From the NCBI GenBank assembly GCA_951406725.2, contig OX597821.1:1178001-1242000 (forward strand): a stretch of DNA of 64,000 nt. The letters run 5' to 3'. This DNA comes from Octopus vulgaris. Its lineage: Eukaryota. The translations under genes were made by a program, and so were the position numbers. Under the pieces are notes generated by a model. That model had not been told where the DNA came from. It searched no databases and saw nothing but the letters and a program-made list of their open reading frames with translations. The stretch's first letter is position 1; each line of letters starts with the position of its first letter. Shown here one piece after another: positions 1 through 17,295 of this stretch.

Positions 1-184
1 TATATATATATATATATATTAGAAGATATGAGGTACTCAGAAAATCGGATGGTTTATATTTACAGATATTTTTTTGTATATTACATTTTTTATACATCAT
101 ATAACTTAGATCATATATTAGCGATTTCTCCCATTCTAGTGGGGTTTTCAAATCAAACGAAGTTCCTGTGTGAAAAGTTTTGAC

Positions 185-255
<71 letters not shown>

Positions 256-483
256 GACATGCATAAATATACTTTCGTGTGATAGTCTTGTGTGTGTGTG
301 CGTATATATATATACATATACACAGAAACTACCACGAAAACTAAGGTATACTACAGAACATAGGCTTATTAATCACATAATTACAGAATTGATAACTACG
401 AAGTATATATCATTGTATGCATGTATGCTGGTGTCAATGGGAGTTTCTATATATATATATATATATATATATGTATAAGTATA

Positions 484-641
<158 letters not shown>

Positions 642-647
642 GTATAA

Positions 648-682
<35 letters not shown>

Positions 683-716
683 TATATATATATATATATA
701 TATATATGAATAAGTA

Positions 717-749
<33 letters not shown>

Positions 750-1769
750 TTAAATCCTTATATCCTTAAAAATGTTTTAGCCCGAAGGCCGCGGCCATGC
801 TGGGGCACCACCGCTGAATGAGCTACACTAATATGTGAATCCACCTCTGATACGTGGCATTTGATCAACAAGGGAGTTCGATGCTGCTGCCTGCATCCGC
901 GTCTCCTGTCGTGAGGTAGGTTCATCTGGGACTCCCGACAAGAAGAGATCCAGTTTAGTTTTAAAGAAATCCACATCCACACCATGTAAGTCTCGTAGGC
1001 ATTTAAGTAGGATGTTAAAGAGCTGTGGTCCTCTGAAACCCAAGCTGATGCAGTATCTGGTCCTGTATTTTGATGGTGATGTTGGAAACTTTGGCACCAT
1101 GCAGTGGAGCCCCGTTCTGCGGTTGGGGTAACTTTCAATGTCAAAGTTTGGGACAAGACCCTCCAGGATTTCCCAGATGTATATCACCGAATATCTCTCC
1201 CGCTTCCACTCTAGGGAGAAGAGGTTTAATACTTTCAGTCTTTCCCAGTAGCTGATATGTTGCATTGAGACGATCTTCTATGTGTAGTTTCTCTGAATTG
1301 CTTCGAGTTCTGCTGTTAGTTTTATATTGTATGGTGACCATAGTTGGGAGCAGTAGTCCAAGCGGCTGAGGACAAATGTTTTCCATAGGACCATCAGTGT
1401 TTCCTTCTCTCTTGTTCTGAAAGTTCGGAGAATCCATCCAGCTAGCCGTCTGCATTTTATCACCAGATTAGTAATATGCACTTGGAAAGATGCATCATTG
1501 CTCATGTCAATGCCTAGGTCACGCACTGATTTTGACTCAGGGATTGCAATTCTTCCTGGGCCAGTGTATCCAGTCTGCACGTCGTTTACTTTGTGTGCCG
1601 GTAGAGCAGGGCCTGGAACTTACCTGCATTAAACTGCATGTTGTTGTCCTCCGCCCACCTGTATATTTTATCCAACTCCTGTTGCAGATACGCAATATTT
1701 TCAGGGTTTTGTATTGTGTGGGAGACTTTTGTGTCATCTGCATAGCTAGCAAAGGTGGCCATCGTAGCA
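750..1769 (-). mobile_element. 5'-truncated CR1-group LINE, family A (RT C-terminus plus 3' end)
   Basis: ORFs 1278-1580 and 828-1265 are near-identical to the 28195-29183 products (YADDTK region, LSRLDYCSQLW, FRGPQLFN); TAAGGAT-type tail near 750-768; flanked by TA tracts. Confidence 0.9.
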
Positions 1770-5164
<3,395 letters not shown>

Positions 5165-5195
5165 CATAGATATATATATATATATATATATATAA

Positions 5196-5260
<65 letters not shown>

Positions 5261-5262
<2 letters not shown>

Positions 5263-7941
5263 TTTTTTTCTTTTTTCTAGTTTCAGCTCAGAGCTGCGGC
5301 CATGCTAATGCACCGCCGTTTTGTGCTACACTGTTATTGCGAAGAACCTCGTCTAATATGTGGCACTTGTTGAAGAATGGAGTTTGATATAGCTACTCTC
5401 ATTTGCACCCCCTGCCGTGATGTAGGTTCATCTGGTACTCTTGACAGGAAGATGTTCAGTTTTGATTTTAAAATGCTACATCTACTTTGTGCAAGTTCCT
5501 CAGACTCTTTGGGATAATATTAAAAAGATGTGGGCCCTTGAAACCCAGGCTGTTGCAGAAGCTGGTCCTGAAGCGTGATGGTATTGCTGGGATCTTTGGC
5601 ACCATGCAGTGTCGTCCCGTTCTAGCATTGGTGTAGCTTACAATGTCAAAATTTGGTACAATTCCTTCAAGGATCTTCCAGACATATATTACTGCATACC
5701 TCTCCCGTCTTCTCTCCGGGGAGTAGAGTATTAGCTGTTTCAACCTTTCCCAGTAGCTGAGCTGTTGCAAAGAGACGATCTTCTTTGTGAATCTTTTCTG
5801 GATTGCTTCAAGGTCCGCTGTTAATTTCACACTGGTGGGTGACCATAGCTGTGAGCAGTAATCCAGGCGACTGAAGACGAATGTCCGCCAGAGAACCATC
5901 ATGGTTTCCTTATCTCTGGTTCTGAATGTTCTTAGGATCCACCCAGCCAGTCGTCTGCACTTTGTCGCCTTCCTGGTAATGTGCCCTTGGAAAGAGGTAT
6001 CATCACTCATGTCGATACCCAGGTCCCTCACAGACTTAGGCTCTGGGATTGAAATTCATTGTGGACCGGTGTATCCTGTAAGTTTAATATTCAGTTTTGG
6101 ATGCTGGTAGCGCAGGGCCTGGAATTTTTCAGCATTAAAATGCATATTATTATCCTAAGTCCATCTGTAGATTGAGTCCAACTCCTGCTGCAGGTGTGCA
6201 ACATCGCTGGAGTTCTGTATTTTCTGCGAGACTTTCGTATCGTCTGCATACCAGGCCAGAGTGGCTATCCGGTCATTTGAGGGCATATCTGAGAGGGCCA
6301 CTATAAAAAGCAGTGGTCCCAAGACAGTGCCCAGTGGAACACCGCTCACTATTTGTGTGTTCATAGAGGTGGCTCCATTAACCACTGTAGCCTGACTCCT
6401 ATCTTTCAGGAAGTCATGCAACCACACTCCAAGTTTTCCAACTATGTCGAGGTCACGTAGTTTGTGGCATATCATACCATGATCCACCTTTTCAAAAGCT
6501 TTTGCAAAATCAAGGTAGATTACGTCCACATTTGATTTGTTGAGTAATTGCCTCAACACCCAGTCATAATGCTGTAAGAGCTGGGTCAGGCAGCTCCTAC
6601 CTGGTCAAAAACCATGCTGAGTATTACTCAGCAAGTTATTTTCCTCAAGGAATGTGATTAGTTTCTTTCTGACTATCCATTCCATTACTTTACTGATGTG
6701 TGAAGTCAGAGAGATAGGACTATAGTTTTTGGCATCTGCTCTACTTCCCCCTTTATGTATTGGGCATATTATTCCCTCCTTCAGCTTACTTGGCAGTTTG
6801 CCATTCGCAAGAAAGCTCTGGAAGAGAATCTTGAGGGGTTTTGCCAGGGCATGCTTACACGTTTTGAGGAGGATGGCTGGGAAACCATTTGGACCAGCAG
6901 CTGAGTTTGTGTCCACTTAGTCTATGGCTAGTAGGACATCTTTTTCGCTTATGTCAATACATTCTATTGTAACCGCCTCGCTGGTTCCAACGCGGTGGTA
7001 AAGACACTTTTGAACTGGTCATTCAGCATCTCACTGATCTTAGTTGGACTGTCTGTGAGGGAGCCATCCTTTTGGAGGAGGGAGCCATCCTTTTGGTGGA
7101 GGGGTCCTATCTTGTAGTGCACTGAGACTGTTTCTTTCGCGTAATGAAAGAAGGCCTTTGGGTTTGATTTAATGTTTTTTATAACCCAGGCTTCTTTGTC
7201 TGCTTTCTCCTTCACATAGGATTGTTGCAGCCTTTTTTCGATCTCCATCAGTGTTATTTTTAGGCGGGACGTTTCGCTACTTTTGGGATGTTGGTTGAGA
7301 CGATTTGCAACCTTCGTCCGTCGTCTCATGAGGATCTTCCTGTCTCTTGGAATCTTCCTCCTATTTGTTTTAGCCTTGTGCTCTGGGACATATTTCTGGC
7401 ATACGGCTTGCACAGTAGACATGAAACATTCTAGTTTCATGTCAATGTCTGGTGTGGAGAGACATTCCGGCCAGTCCTCTCTGAGCATCTCTTTTTGGAT
7501 CGATTTCCAATCTGCTTTGTGGAAGTTCAGACTGGAGAGATTTCGGGTGCTTCCTTTAGGCTGTACGTCTCTGGTTACTTTTGGCCCAAACATAGACAGC
7601 TCTATTATGTTGTGATCCGAAACTGATGTCGGTGTCACTTTCACATCATGAATGATGTCCATATTGTTCGTGAAGCAGAGATCCAGAATGTTATTCACCC
7701 TAGTCGGCTTGAGTACAACTTGCTCCATGAATAAGGCATTGGTGAGGTTGAGCACGGACTCCACCTGTACTTGCTTGCAATGATTCATTCCTGAGAGTAT
7801 GTGACCTTCGGGCCATTTGACGTTGGGGAAGTAGAAATCACCCATAAGAAATATGTTCACGTGGTGTTCCAGATTCATGATGATTTCTTTAATTTTTGTG
7901 AGGCAATCTTCAAACTTGCCTGTAATCGAATACACAGCATC
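5261..7941 (-). mobile_element. 5'-truncated, degraded CR1-group LINE, family B (APE C-terminus, RT, 3' end)
   Basis: ORFs with FLMGDFYFP, LDLCFTN, SDHNII, YLDFAKAF, YADDTK; A-rich tail; ~48-bp deletion near 6988 relative to the 33.9-kb copy; 21-bp duplication near 7058-7100. Confidence 0.92.
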
Positions 7942-8057
7942 AAAACAAACGGAGGATTCATTCAAATTATTTTATTTTCATCTATATATGTACAACTGAC
8001 GTTGAATTTGTCCAAATCCATGTAAGAAATCTTACCTGTTTGAAATCTTAGAGGTTT

Positions 8058-8148
8058 AAAAGTTTACCTGATGATGGTGGATTCTATGTTATGATGTAAT
8101 CTATGACTGCATTAGTAAAATTCTACCGAAACAGCTGTCGTTAATTTT
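8058..8148 (+). ncRNA. Candidate type I hammerhead ribozyme
   Basis: aaaagtttac CTGATGA tggtggatt...aattctacc GAAAC agct GTC gttaatttt; stems I and II pair with wobbles or mismatches; palindromic stem III. Confidence 0.7.
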
Positions 8149-9615
8149 AAATTCCGTTTGTGTTTACCAGAGTCGGATCCATAATGTAATTTAGACTTTC
8201 TACATATCTACAGCATTCTACCAACACTTGACGTTTTCAATGTTGTTTACCTCAATCTGAGCTTATGTTATCACATCTAGCCATTTCTGGCGTCCACCGT
8301 ATTGATGTGCCTAGATTCTGATGAATCCTTATAACCAAATCATATGTATGAATGTATTTACGGGAATATGAATGTATATGTATTTATGTAAGTGTGTATG
8401 TATGTATATATACGTGTGCATACGTGCATGTATGTATGTGGGTATGTATACATATTTATAAATATGTGCTTGTGGGTACATGCATATATGCATTATGTAT
8501 GTACATATGTATGCATGAACTCCTGCATTATGTATGTACGTATGTATGCGTTATGTATATTTGCATGTATGTATATATTCATGTATGCAGATATATATAT
8601 GTTTGCATATATGCATGTATGCGTAAATATATATAAAGGGTTGAATGAATGAAAGGAAGTATAATGTGTCGCTTTTCCTAATTCGTTCCGTTTTGTCTCA
8701 AGATATATGACACGAAACGAAGTGAAGAAAATTATTTTTTTCTCTCTTTCTGTTCTCCGTTCTCTTCACTAAATCATTATTAAATCACATCCTAATGTCA
8801 ATGACTCACTTGGAAAATTCTAATTTTCTTCTTTTATTCTGTTTCATTATCTCCTCTGCTCGTATAATCGTGGCTTTTAGGCGAGCTTTTTATACGAGCT
8901 TCCTAGCATGGAGCTAATTAAAAATAACGATAATCCTATCTTAAAGTAATCAGCTGCAGAAAGAAAGGGGCTGATTATTGAGTGAAAAATGACGAAATCT
9001 AGGATGAAAGCAAAAATAATATGAAATAAGGGATAATTAACGAAACCGTTTAAACTCTTAGTAAATGAGAGAGAGAGGGAAGAGAGAGAAAGAAAGAATG
9101 AAGAAAGGAGAGAGAGAAATCTAGGGTAGATCTTAGCATAGATATCACTGAAACCTGTTTTAATATAAGTAATCTTATATTTGTGATCACGTTTAAATAG
9201 TCAGACATTTTCAGTAAAATGGAAAGTACTTTTAGTTTTCGTCGAAAGCAGCCATGATAATAGATGTCAGCTCTCACATTATCGATACAATGAGAGGTTT
9301 CGATATTCTATATTGTCGTCTTATTTCTGACACTTTACACCAAATGTCTTTGCGAATAGCATACACATTACAAACTGCCATTTCTCTCTTTCAGTTCATC
9401 TGAGCAAGTCTGAAGACTCGTGCGTAAAGAGAAACTCTAAACTGTGGCAGAAGGTATCATCAGTTATCGTGAGTTCTAACACAAATTCCTCCTCCCTTAA
9501 TATTTCTCTTGCCATACATCTACTACTACTACCTTAAAGCACGACTCGCAAAACACATGCTGATCCTTTGCATAAGGAGCTCGATAGCACCCTCGAATGA
9601 GAATATGTCAATTAC

Positions 9616-11010
9616 GTGTCTTTGAACTACAAGAAAACCCAGAAGCTGATCATATGTATATTGTTGCAATTATGTAAAAGTCCAAAGCGTTGCTTTTTCA
9701 GAAAACGAATAGTTTCACCATTCCAAAATTCTTTACTCAAACCCGAAACTAATTATAGGGATAAGCTGCTTAGCGCACACAAAGGTAAAAATAGGAATAA
9801 ACGTGACGTAACGTGGTATAACCATCCTTCAAATCCATAATAGATACCAATGTAAGTAGAAAATTAATGAGTGTACTAAAGCGCAATTTCCCCTTTCACA
9901 CAAGTATTACCATTTATCCTCCCGTAGAAACCTTTTGGATCTCCTACTCAACACTCCCCAATCTAGGTAGAACAATTATAGCTGGCATGAATAAGAAACA
10001 TATATCCATGGCCCGGAGTAGTAATAATACCCCTAGCAACACCGCTCCTAATAAAAATCGCAATAGGAAAAACAGGAGGAATATTAATATTAATATTAAT
10101 ATTAATATTATTACCATTGCTATCTCAACCGACTCTAATACTGTACGCAACAACACCATCAGCGAGTTAGTCCTCTCAGTAGATATTATAATATTGGCAC
10201 CAGTCAGCCTGTCACTAAAAGGGATATTAGCAGTAACAGCTCTGTCACAGCTACCAATAGTGACAGCAGTACGGATTCCACTAGCTTAAGCTCACACCGT
10301 ACCGTTCCCTACAGCCATAACATCTCTCCACTAGCTGCTATGACCACCCACCTACTCCCATTCATGTTGTCGATATGCTCAAAGCACAGAACACTAACAT
10401 TTGTGCTGGAAATCTTTCCATTTTACCACCCATCCTCGACCCTATAGTGTAACTATCTGAAAGCCAAATCTCTTACGACAATGCCCAGTACCAGCATTCT
10501 TCGACAACAAATTATAATAGCATTGATCATAGTAATGTACACCACAGCAACAACAATGCGAACACAAGTAACCCTCGCAAGCTTGAACTATTACGGTGTA
10601 ATAACGTTGGATGGTGTCCCCATAATAATAAATTTAAAGTATTAGAAAATATTGAGTGCAATTGTTTAGACAAAATATCATGTCCACTTTCTGGTCGAAA
10701 TGTGGTTTACAGATGTGATGTAACAGAGACCAAACTTATATCGGCTGTTCCGTAAATCTCAAGGGGCGCTTATGTAACTACTATTCTTCCTTTAAATTAA
10801 GGTCTAAGGCTAGCAGGACTAACCCTAGCCATGAAAATTTGGGAGATCAAGGATGACAATGTTAAATTCGATTTAAGTTGGGACATCATTAGGGTTGCTA
10901 AGCCGCACTTAAACAGCAGATAGGGGTGCAGGCTTTTCTGCATGGAGCTGTTTGAAATTTTAAAAGGATCAAATAGTGAATATCTACTAAATACTACACT
11001 AGATCTTCTA
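9616..11010 (+). pseudogene. Decayed Penelope-like RT linker plus GIY-YIG endonuclease
   Basis: KRDVTWYNHP...KRNFP linker motif; manual translation from ~10653 gives ECNCLDKISCPLSGRNVVYRC...YIG and WDIIRVAKP...C.L.C.E...IL....YLLN. Confidence 0.65.
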
Positions 11011-11011
11011 C

Positions 11012-11410
11012 GGTGCCGAGCTGGCAGAATCGTTAGCACGCCGGGCGAAATGCTCAGCGGTATTTCGTCTGCCGCTACGTTCTGAGTTCAAATTCCGCCG
11101 AGGTCGACTTTGCCTTTCATCATTTCGGGGTCGATTAAATAAGTACCAGTTACGCACTGGGGTCGATATAATTTACTTAATCCGTTTGTCTGTCCTTGTT
11201 TGTCCTACCTGTGTTTAGCCCTTTGTGGGTAGTAAAGAAATAGGTATTTCGTCTGTCTTAATGTTCTGAATTCATATCCCGCCGAGGTCAATTTTTCCTT
11301 TCATCCTTTCGGGGTCGATAAATTAAGTACCAGTTGCGTACTGGGGCCGATCTATTCGACTGGTCACCTCCTCCCCAAATTTCGGACCTTGTGCCTAGAG
11401 CAGAAAAGAA
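11012..11410 (+). mobile_element. tRNA-derived SINE, abundant octopod-type family (dimeric copy)
   Basis: A box gagctggcagaatcg, B box gagttcaaattcc, core tttcatcctttcggggtcgat; more than 15 copies in the window. Confidence 0.85.
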
Positions 11411-11789
11411 TAAATCAGACCTTCGTCTTTCTTGTTTACATAAGGCTACCCGCACATTTAAATATGTTAAGGACACTAAACCACTTCTATAATAGCTCCT
11501 AATTTAGAGACAATATAATTTACTCCCTCTATTGTTGACCCAATACTCAGTCGATCTATCTATTTGTTTCTGAGTCCTTCTAGTCTCGTTTATATGTTCG
11601 AAGGTGATACCACGTGTTTTACTTGTTCATCTCTCTTTCTAACATATATCTACCAGCTCAATGATGAACCACTTATAGCCATCTTTAATAGGCAGGTTCA
11701 CCGGAGTTTTAGTGGTAAACCAACCTCAGCAGTTATAGAACATACCTATTATGTCATTAGACGAAATTTTAAAAATATATATACCCGTC

Positions 11790-11837
<48 letters not shown>

Positions 11838-11845
11838 ACACACAC

Positions 11846-11879
<34 letters not shown>

Positions 11880-11880
<1 letters not shown>

Positions 11881-12045
11881 ATGGGCTTCGTTTCCGTCTA
11901 CCAAATCCACTGATAAGCCTTCGGTCGACCCGAGGCTATAGCAGTAGACACTTGCCCAAGGTGCCACGTAGTGGGACTGAACCAGGAACCATGTAGTTGG
12001 GAGGTTTCAGTCGTAGGACTGCAGCCATGATGGAGCACCACTTTG
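11880..12045 (-). mobile_element. Fragments of the SINE family seen at 41046-41850
   Basis: Reverse complement of gtggcaccttgggcaagtgtct and of the gtgctccatcatggctgcagtc tail. Confidence 0.7.
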
Positions 12046-12079
12046 ATTTATTTTTTATCAGTTTTTTGTCACTTTTATA

Positions 12080-13915
12080 GGTCGAAGTTGGTCTGTGATC
12101 GAGTTAGTAGCAAGTGATCGCCTCTGAGCGCATCCTGAGTGCTGACTGGTCCGGTTTCATTGTTAGGAGTTTATCCAATGTTTTTGTGTTTAATGTTTCA
12201 GTAGAATTTCCTCTTATATTTCCGATTACTTTAGGTAGGCAGTTGAACAGTTGAGAACCTCTAAATATCAGACTCGTACAATTAAATGTTTTTGCTCGTA
12301 CTTTCGAAGGTGGTATATTTGGAAGCTGACAATATCTAACAGATCGTGCATTAAAATTCTCTCTAATGCGGAAGCTTTGAACAGGATTTTCCATACGTAT
12401 GTGATAGTATATATCTTTTCAGGATTCAAGATTGTAGAGACGTAACGCTTTCAAATATTCCCAGTAGTTAAAGCTTTTACACAAAGGTATTTTGCTGGTG
12501 GGCGTTCTTTGTAACCCTTCAATTTCTTGTATGAGACCGGATGGGTTAGGAGAGCAAAGCTGTGAACAGTATTCTAACTTGTTCAGAGTTCAGGTTTTCC
12601 ATAGAGCTAGCTTAACTCCTGCTTTCATTGTCACGAAGGTTTTTAAGGTTTGTAGTATCTATCCTATGAGATGTTTGCATTTAGAGGTCAGTTTGTTGAT
12701 GTGGCTTATGAAAGATGCATCGTTTGACGTGATTACTTCTAAATCCTGTATGTCATCAGCTCTCTGAATCGTTCTGGCGTCAAATATTGTGATTTGTGTG
12801 TATTTCCCCTGTAACGAAGAATCTGAAAGTTTGATGTATTAAACTTCCTATTGTTTTAATCCACCCATTGATAAATGAGGTTTAGCTCGTTTTGGAGTGT
12901 GACAGTATCTTCTGAAGTTTGGACAGTCGTTGATATTTTTGCATCATCGGCGTAACTCGTTAGTTTGGATGAGTGCACTTGCGATAGTTTAATCAAGTGT
13001 TTACAGGAATAGGCGTGTTTATACAGGGCTTGCTTTGAACAAATCCTGATTAACTCTTCATACAGAAATTTCATTCCCTTGTTAACATTGGGGTTGCCAA
13101 TATGATCAGACCAGTTTGTTTCGTGGATTCCAGTTTCGATTTCCTTCCACTGGGCCTTCCTAAAGTTCAAGTTCATGCCGTGTAAGTAATGTTTGATGTT
13201 CTTTGTGTGTGTTACTCTCTTTGATAATTGTATAGTGTTGTGTCCGGAAATAGCTGTTAGAATGACTTGAACATTGTGAAAGAAGTCTGCATTGGTGGTA
13301 AAGACCAGGTCGAGTATGTTATTTCCCCTAGTAATGATTTTTTGCATGAGCAAATCTGTAGTGGTATCGAGAAGAGCATTCATATATCTTCTGTTCAGTT
13401 GTTTAGATTCAGGTTGGATATAGCCCTCAGATTAGCTGAAACTAGGAAGATTAAAGTCTACTGCTAAAAGTTCATTGGCCTGTAGGCTGGACTCATTTGG
13501 GGTTTGACTTATTGCCGACAAAACATCTTTGAAGTGATCTCCGTAGTTAGCTGCACCAAGAAAACAGTACGTAATGCAAATGATCAAATTGAAGGTGAAG
13601 GTCAATAACATACCTTATTAGTATATCGCACACTGCGTTTGAGTGGGAGAAGAGGACATTTGTTGCTAGGTCTTCTTGGATGAAGATCACTATTTCTCCG
13701 GTACCTCAAGAGTGGAAGCAATATTATCGATAATGGCACGTACTTGCGTTTGACCTTCTGGCCGATAACTGATAAAGAGTGGGCGACCTTCTGTGTTTGT
13801 TTTTCCGTCCGTCTGTACACTTGCTGTTTTTTCCAACTTGACATTGTGTCGGTTTCTGTTTGTTTGTGAATTTACTTCTCGCGTGTTGTATCTTTGTCAA
13901 ATCTTCTGTTTGTTG
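12080..13915 (-). mobile_element. Old, internally deleted CR1-group LINE (family C)
   Basis: NILDLVFT, SGHNTI, YADDAK and FRGSQLFNCLPK motifs in broken ORFs. Confidence 0.75.
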
Positions 13916-14367
13916 TGCTCTATTTACTGGGGTCAATCTAATCGACTAGCCCCCTCCCCCAAAATTTCGGGCCTTGTGCTTAGAGTAGAAAAGAATATAT
14001 GTCCTACTTAACATGGATGTCTCGTCAGAATGCCGAATACTGTGTAATCAAACTTTGGAAAATCCTGACTGGTAGACATTTGGCGCATAAAACCACACGC
14101 ATAAATTGTAATTGAGGAAAATACTCTATCATGGGCGCTGCAATTAACATATCACGTAATTTCGGTCTACTTGACCTCATCAGTGGGAAGTGTCGGGCAC
14201 CGGATGCCACGATATATATTAATAGCCAGCGGACTTTTACTATACGTGTTGGCTATTTTCGACCATCACTGTAAAAAAAATGCTGGTATTCTAAAAATAG
14301 GAAAAAAACAACAACTGTTGACTCAGCCTGGTTTAGTAAATAAATGATAGTAGTAGTTATAATGTGA

Positions 14368-14686
14368 AGGCGCATAGCTCAGTTGTTAGAGCGTCGAATT
14401 TACGATCGTGAGGTTGTGAGTTCGAATCCCGGACCGGGCTGAGTGTTGTGTTTTTGAGCAAGATACTTTATTTCACTCAGCTGTAGAAATGAGTTGCGAC
14501 GTTACAGGTGTCAAGCTGTATCAGCCCCTTTGCCTTTCCCTTGGATAACACTGGTGGCGTGGAGAGGGGGAAGCCGGTATGCATGGGCGACTGCTAGTCT
14601 TCCATAAACAAACTTGCCCGGACTTGTGTCTGGGAGGGTGACTTTCTAGGTGCAATACCACAGTCAGTCATGACCGAAGGGGGTCT
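14368..14686 (+). mobile_element. tRNA-derived SINE (second family; also at 58422-58715)
   Basis: tRNA-like head ggcgcatagctcagt...gagttcgaatccc; body shared with the 58.4-kb copy. Confidence 0.8.
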
Positions 14687-14709
14687 CAGCAGTAGCAATA
14701 ATAATAATT

Positions 14710-15413
14710 TTAAACTTTGGTGCAAGGCCAGCAATTTTGAGGGAGGGGTAAGTCGATTACGTCAACGTCAGAGTTCAACCCTAAAAAGATGAGAATTGCA
14801 AAGTCGGCCTCGGTGGAATTTCAACCCAAAACAAAGACGAAATGCCGTTAAGCATTTTCCCCGGCGTGCTAACCATTCTGCCAACTCGCCGCCTTCAAAA
14901 GAATTGACAGCAGGTGGCCATGAGAGGGTGGGTGTTGGGTCGAACGGCGCTACACTCAAATACCGGCTGGGTGCTCTAACCATTAAGCTAAACGGCCCTT
15001 GACGACGACGACAACGACAACAACAACAATACCAACAACAACAGTGATATCTTTATTAGCTACAGGGGCATAAACAGAAGATTCAAACCCACGCTAAAGC
15101 AAAAAATATGAATTATCAAAATTCAAGGCAAAACGAAAAAAAAATATAAAAGTAATTCCTTCTCCAAAGTATAATATTAACACTGTTTTCTTTCTGCCTC
15201 TATGTTAATGAATTCAGCACAAATTCTGGTTGCCATGGTAATGTAGATGTTGTCTATAAGATTATGAGATTGTCCTGAATAATATATATCCCTTATATGT
15301 TTGAAGCCTTCTTCCCTGCAGTCGTTTTGTATATGATCTGATTAAATGATATAAGTCATCAGTTGTTGTCACTACATGATCATTGACTAAATTACTCAAC
15401 TATCAACGTTTCC

Positions 15414-15444
<31 letters not shown>

Positions 15445-16670
15445 TTATTATTATTATTATTATTATAAGCTTCACCATGGTGGCAGATAAATGAAATCGT
15501 TATTATTATTCAAAATGCGGTGAGCTGGCAGAAACGTTAGCACGCCGGGCGAAATGCTCAGCAGTATTTCGTCTGTCGCTACGTTCTGAGTTCAAATTCC
15601 GCCGAGGTCGACTTTGCCTTTCATCCTTTCGGGGTCGATTAAATAAGTACCAGTTACGCACAGGGGTCCATATAATCGACTTAATCCATTTGCCTGTCCT
15701 TGTTTGTCCTCTGTGTATAGCCCCTTGTGGGTAGTAAAGAAATAGGTATTTCGTCTGCCGTTCCGAGTCCAAATTCCGCCGAGGTCAACTTTGACTTTTA
15801 TCCTTTCGGGGTCGATTGAATTAGTACAAGTTACGCACTAAGGTCGATGTAATCAACTTAAGCTCTCCCCCAAGCTGCCCTTGTGGCAAAAATTTGAAAT
15901 CATCATTATCGTTCAGGCGGCGAGCTGGCAGAATGCTTAGTGGTATTTTGCCCGACGCTCTGTTCTGAGTTCAAATTCCACCGTGGTCGAGTTTGCCTTT
16001 CATCTTTTAGGGGTCGATAAAATATGTACCAGTTGAACACTGGGGTTCGATGTAATCGACTCATTCCCTTTCGTAAATTTGTTGCATTTGTGGTAAAATT
16101 TGAAACCATTATTATTACTACTATCATCATTCAGGCGGCGAGCTGGCAGAATCGTTAGCACGCTGGACGAAATACTTAGCAGTATTTCGCCCGTCGCTAC
16201 ATTCTGGGTTCAAATTCTGCCGAGGTCGACTTTACCTTTATCCTTTCGGAGTTAATAAAGTAAGAACCAGTTGAACACTGGTGTGGATGCAATCGACTCA
16301 TTGCGGTATTTCATCCGCGTGGAAAGTCTGTTCAAATTTCACCCAGGTCGACTTTGCCTTTCATTCTTTCGGAATCGATAAATTAAGTACCAGTGAAATC
16401 GAGTAGTCCCCTCCCTCGAAATTTCAGGCCTAGAAAAGATTATCATTATCATCATTATCATTATCATTTATTATTATTTATTATTATTCATGCGGCGACC
16501 CGGGCAAAATGTTTAGCGGCATTTATGTTCTGAGTTTAAATTCCGCCGATGCTGACTTTTTCTTTCATCCTTTCGGGGTCCATAAATCAAGTACCAGTCA
16601 AGTGCTGGGGTCAATGTAATCGACTATAACCCTTCCCCTAATTTCAGGCTTTGTGCCTATAATATAAAGG
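14710..16670. mobile_element. Cluster of octopod-type SINE copies in (TTA)n/(TCA)n tracts (one - copy at 14710-14895, several + copies at 15516-16670)
   Basis: Repeated A box, B box and core motifs. Confidence 0.85.
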
Positions 16671-16685
16671 ATTATTATTATTATT

Positions 16686-17251
16686 GAGTGAGAGAGCAGT
16701 GTATGCCATCAAAGTGACACTAGGGTAAAATATACGAAGCCCAGTATACCCATCATGACTACCCGTCTGATAAGGGTATACTAGGCACATACTTCGCAAC
16801 CATATATGCACGACATGGTGATCTCATATCAAGATAAACAGCACATGACCTTGCAGGTAGGGCCCAGTTAGAATTTTCTTTAGGTCCCTGAATAAGGGTT
16901 GTTTAAGTATGTTGAACGAAACACCCATCTTTCCAGAGGTGAATTATTCAAACCCCAAAGAATCCCTCTCAACACATGGCTATGATGCTCCCCCACTACT
17001 TCTGCTCGTGATCGGAGATGTACATATCGTCAGCCACTAAGGGACATGATCAACTGGTTAAGGTCAAACAACTGACAAGCAAATCTGTGGTATTGAGCAG
17101 AATATTTGCTGTAGCCCATCTTTTATACCAAGATAAAACAATGTACATGATAACACTTCCAATCGGTTAAGATCAGAAGCTACGAGAGCCACTGCCTGGT
17201 ACTGCATCAGGGCATAGCCACGAGAGCCACTGCCTGGTACTGTATCAGGGC

Positions 17252-17255
<4 letters not shown>
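16686..17255. mobile_element. Unclassified non-coding insertion flanked by (TTA)n, with a ~38-bp terminal tandem duplication
   Basis: Sharp boundaries with ATT repeats; cgagagccactgcctggtactg occurs twice within 17183-17255. Confidence 0.5.

Positions 17256-17295
<40 letters not shown>

Noticed and set aside
14368-14440. tRNA genes at SINE heads (also 38247, 55433, 58422)
   Set aside because: No proper acceptor stem or T-run terminator; they continue into repeated SINE bodies
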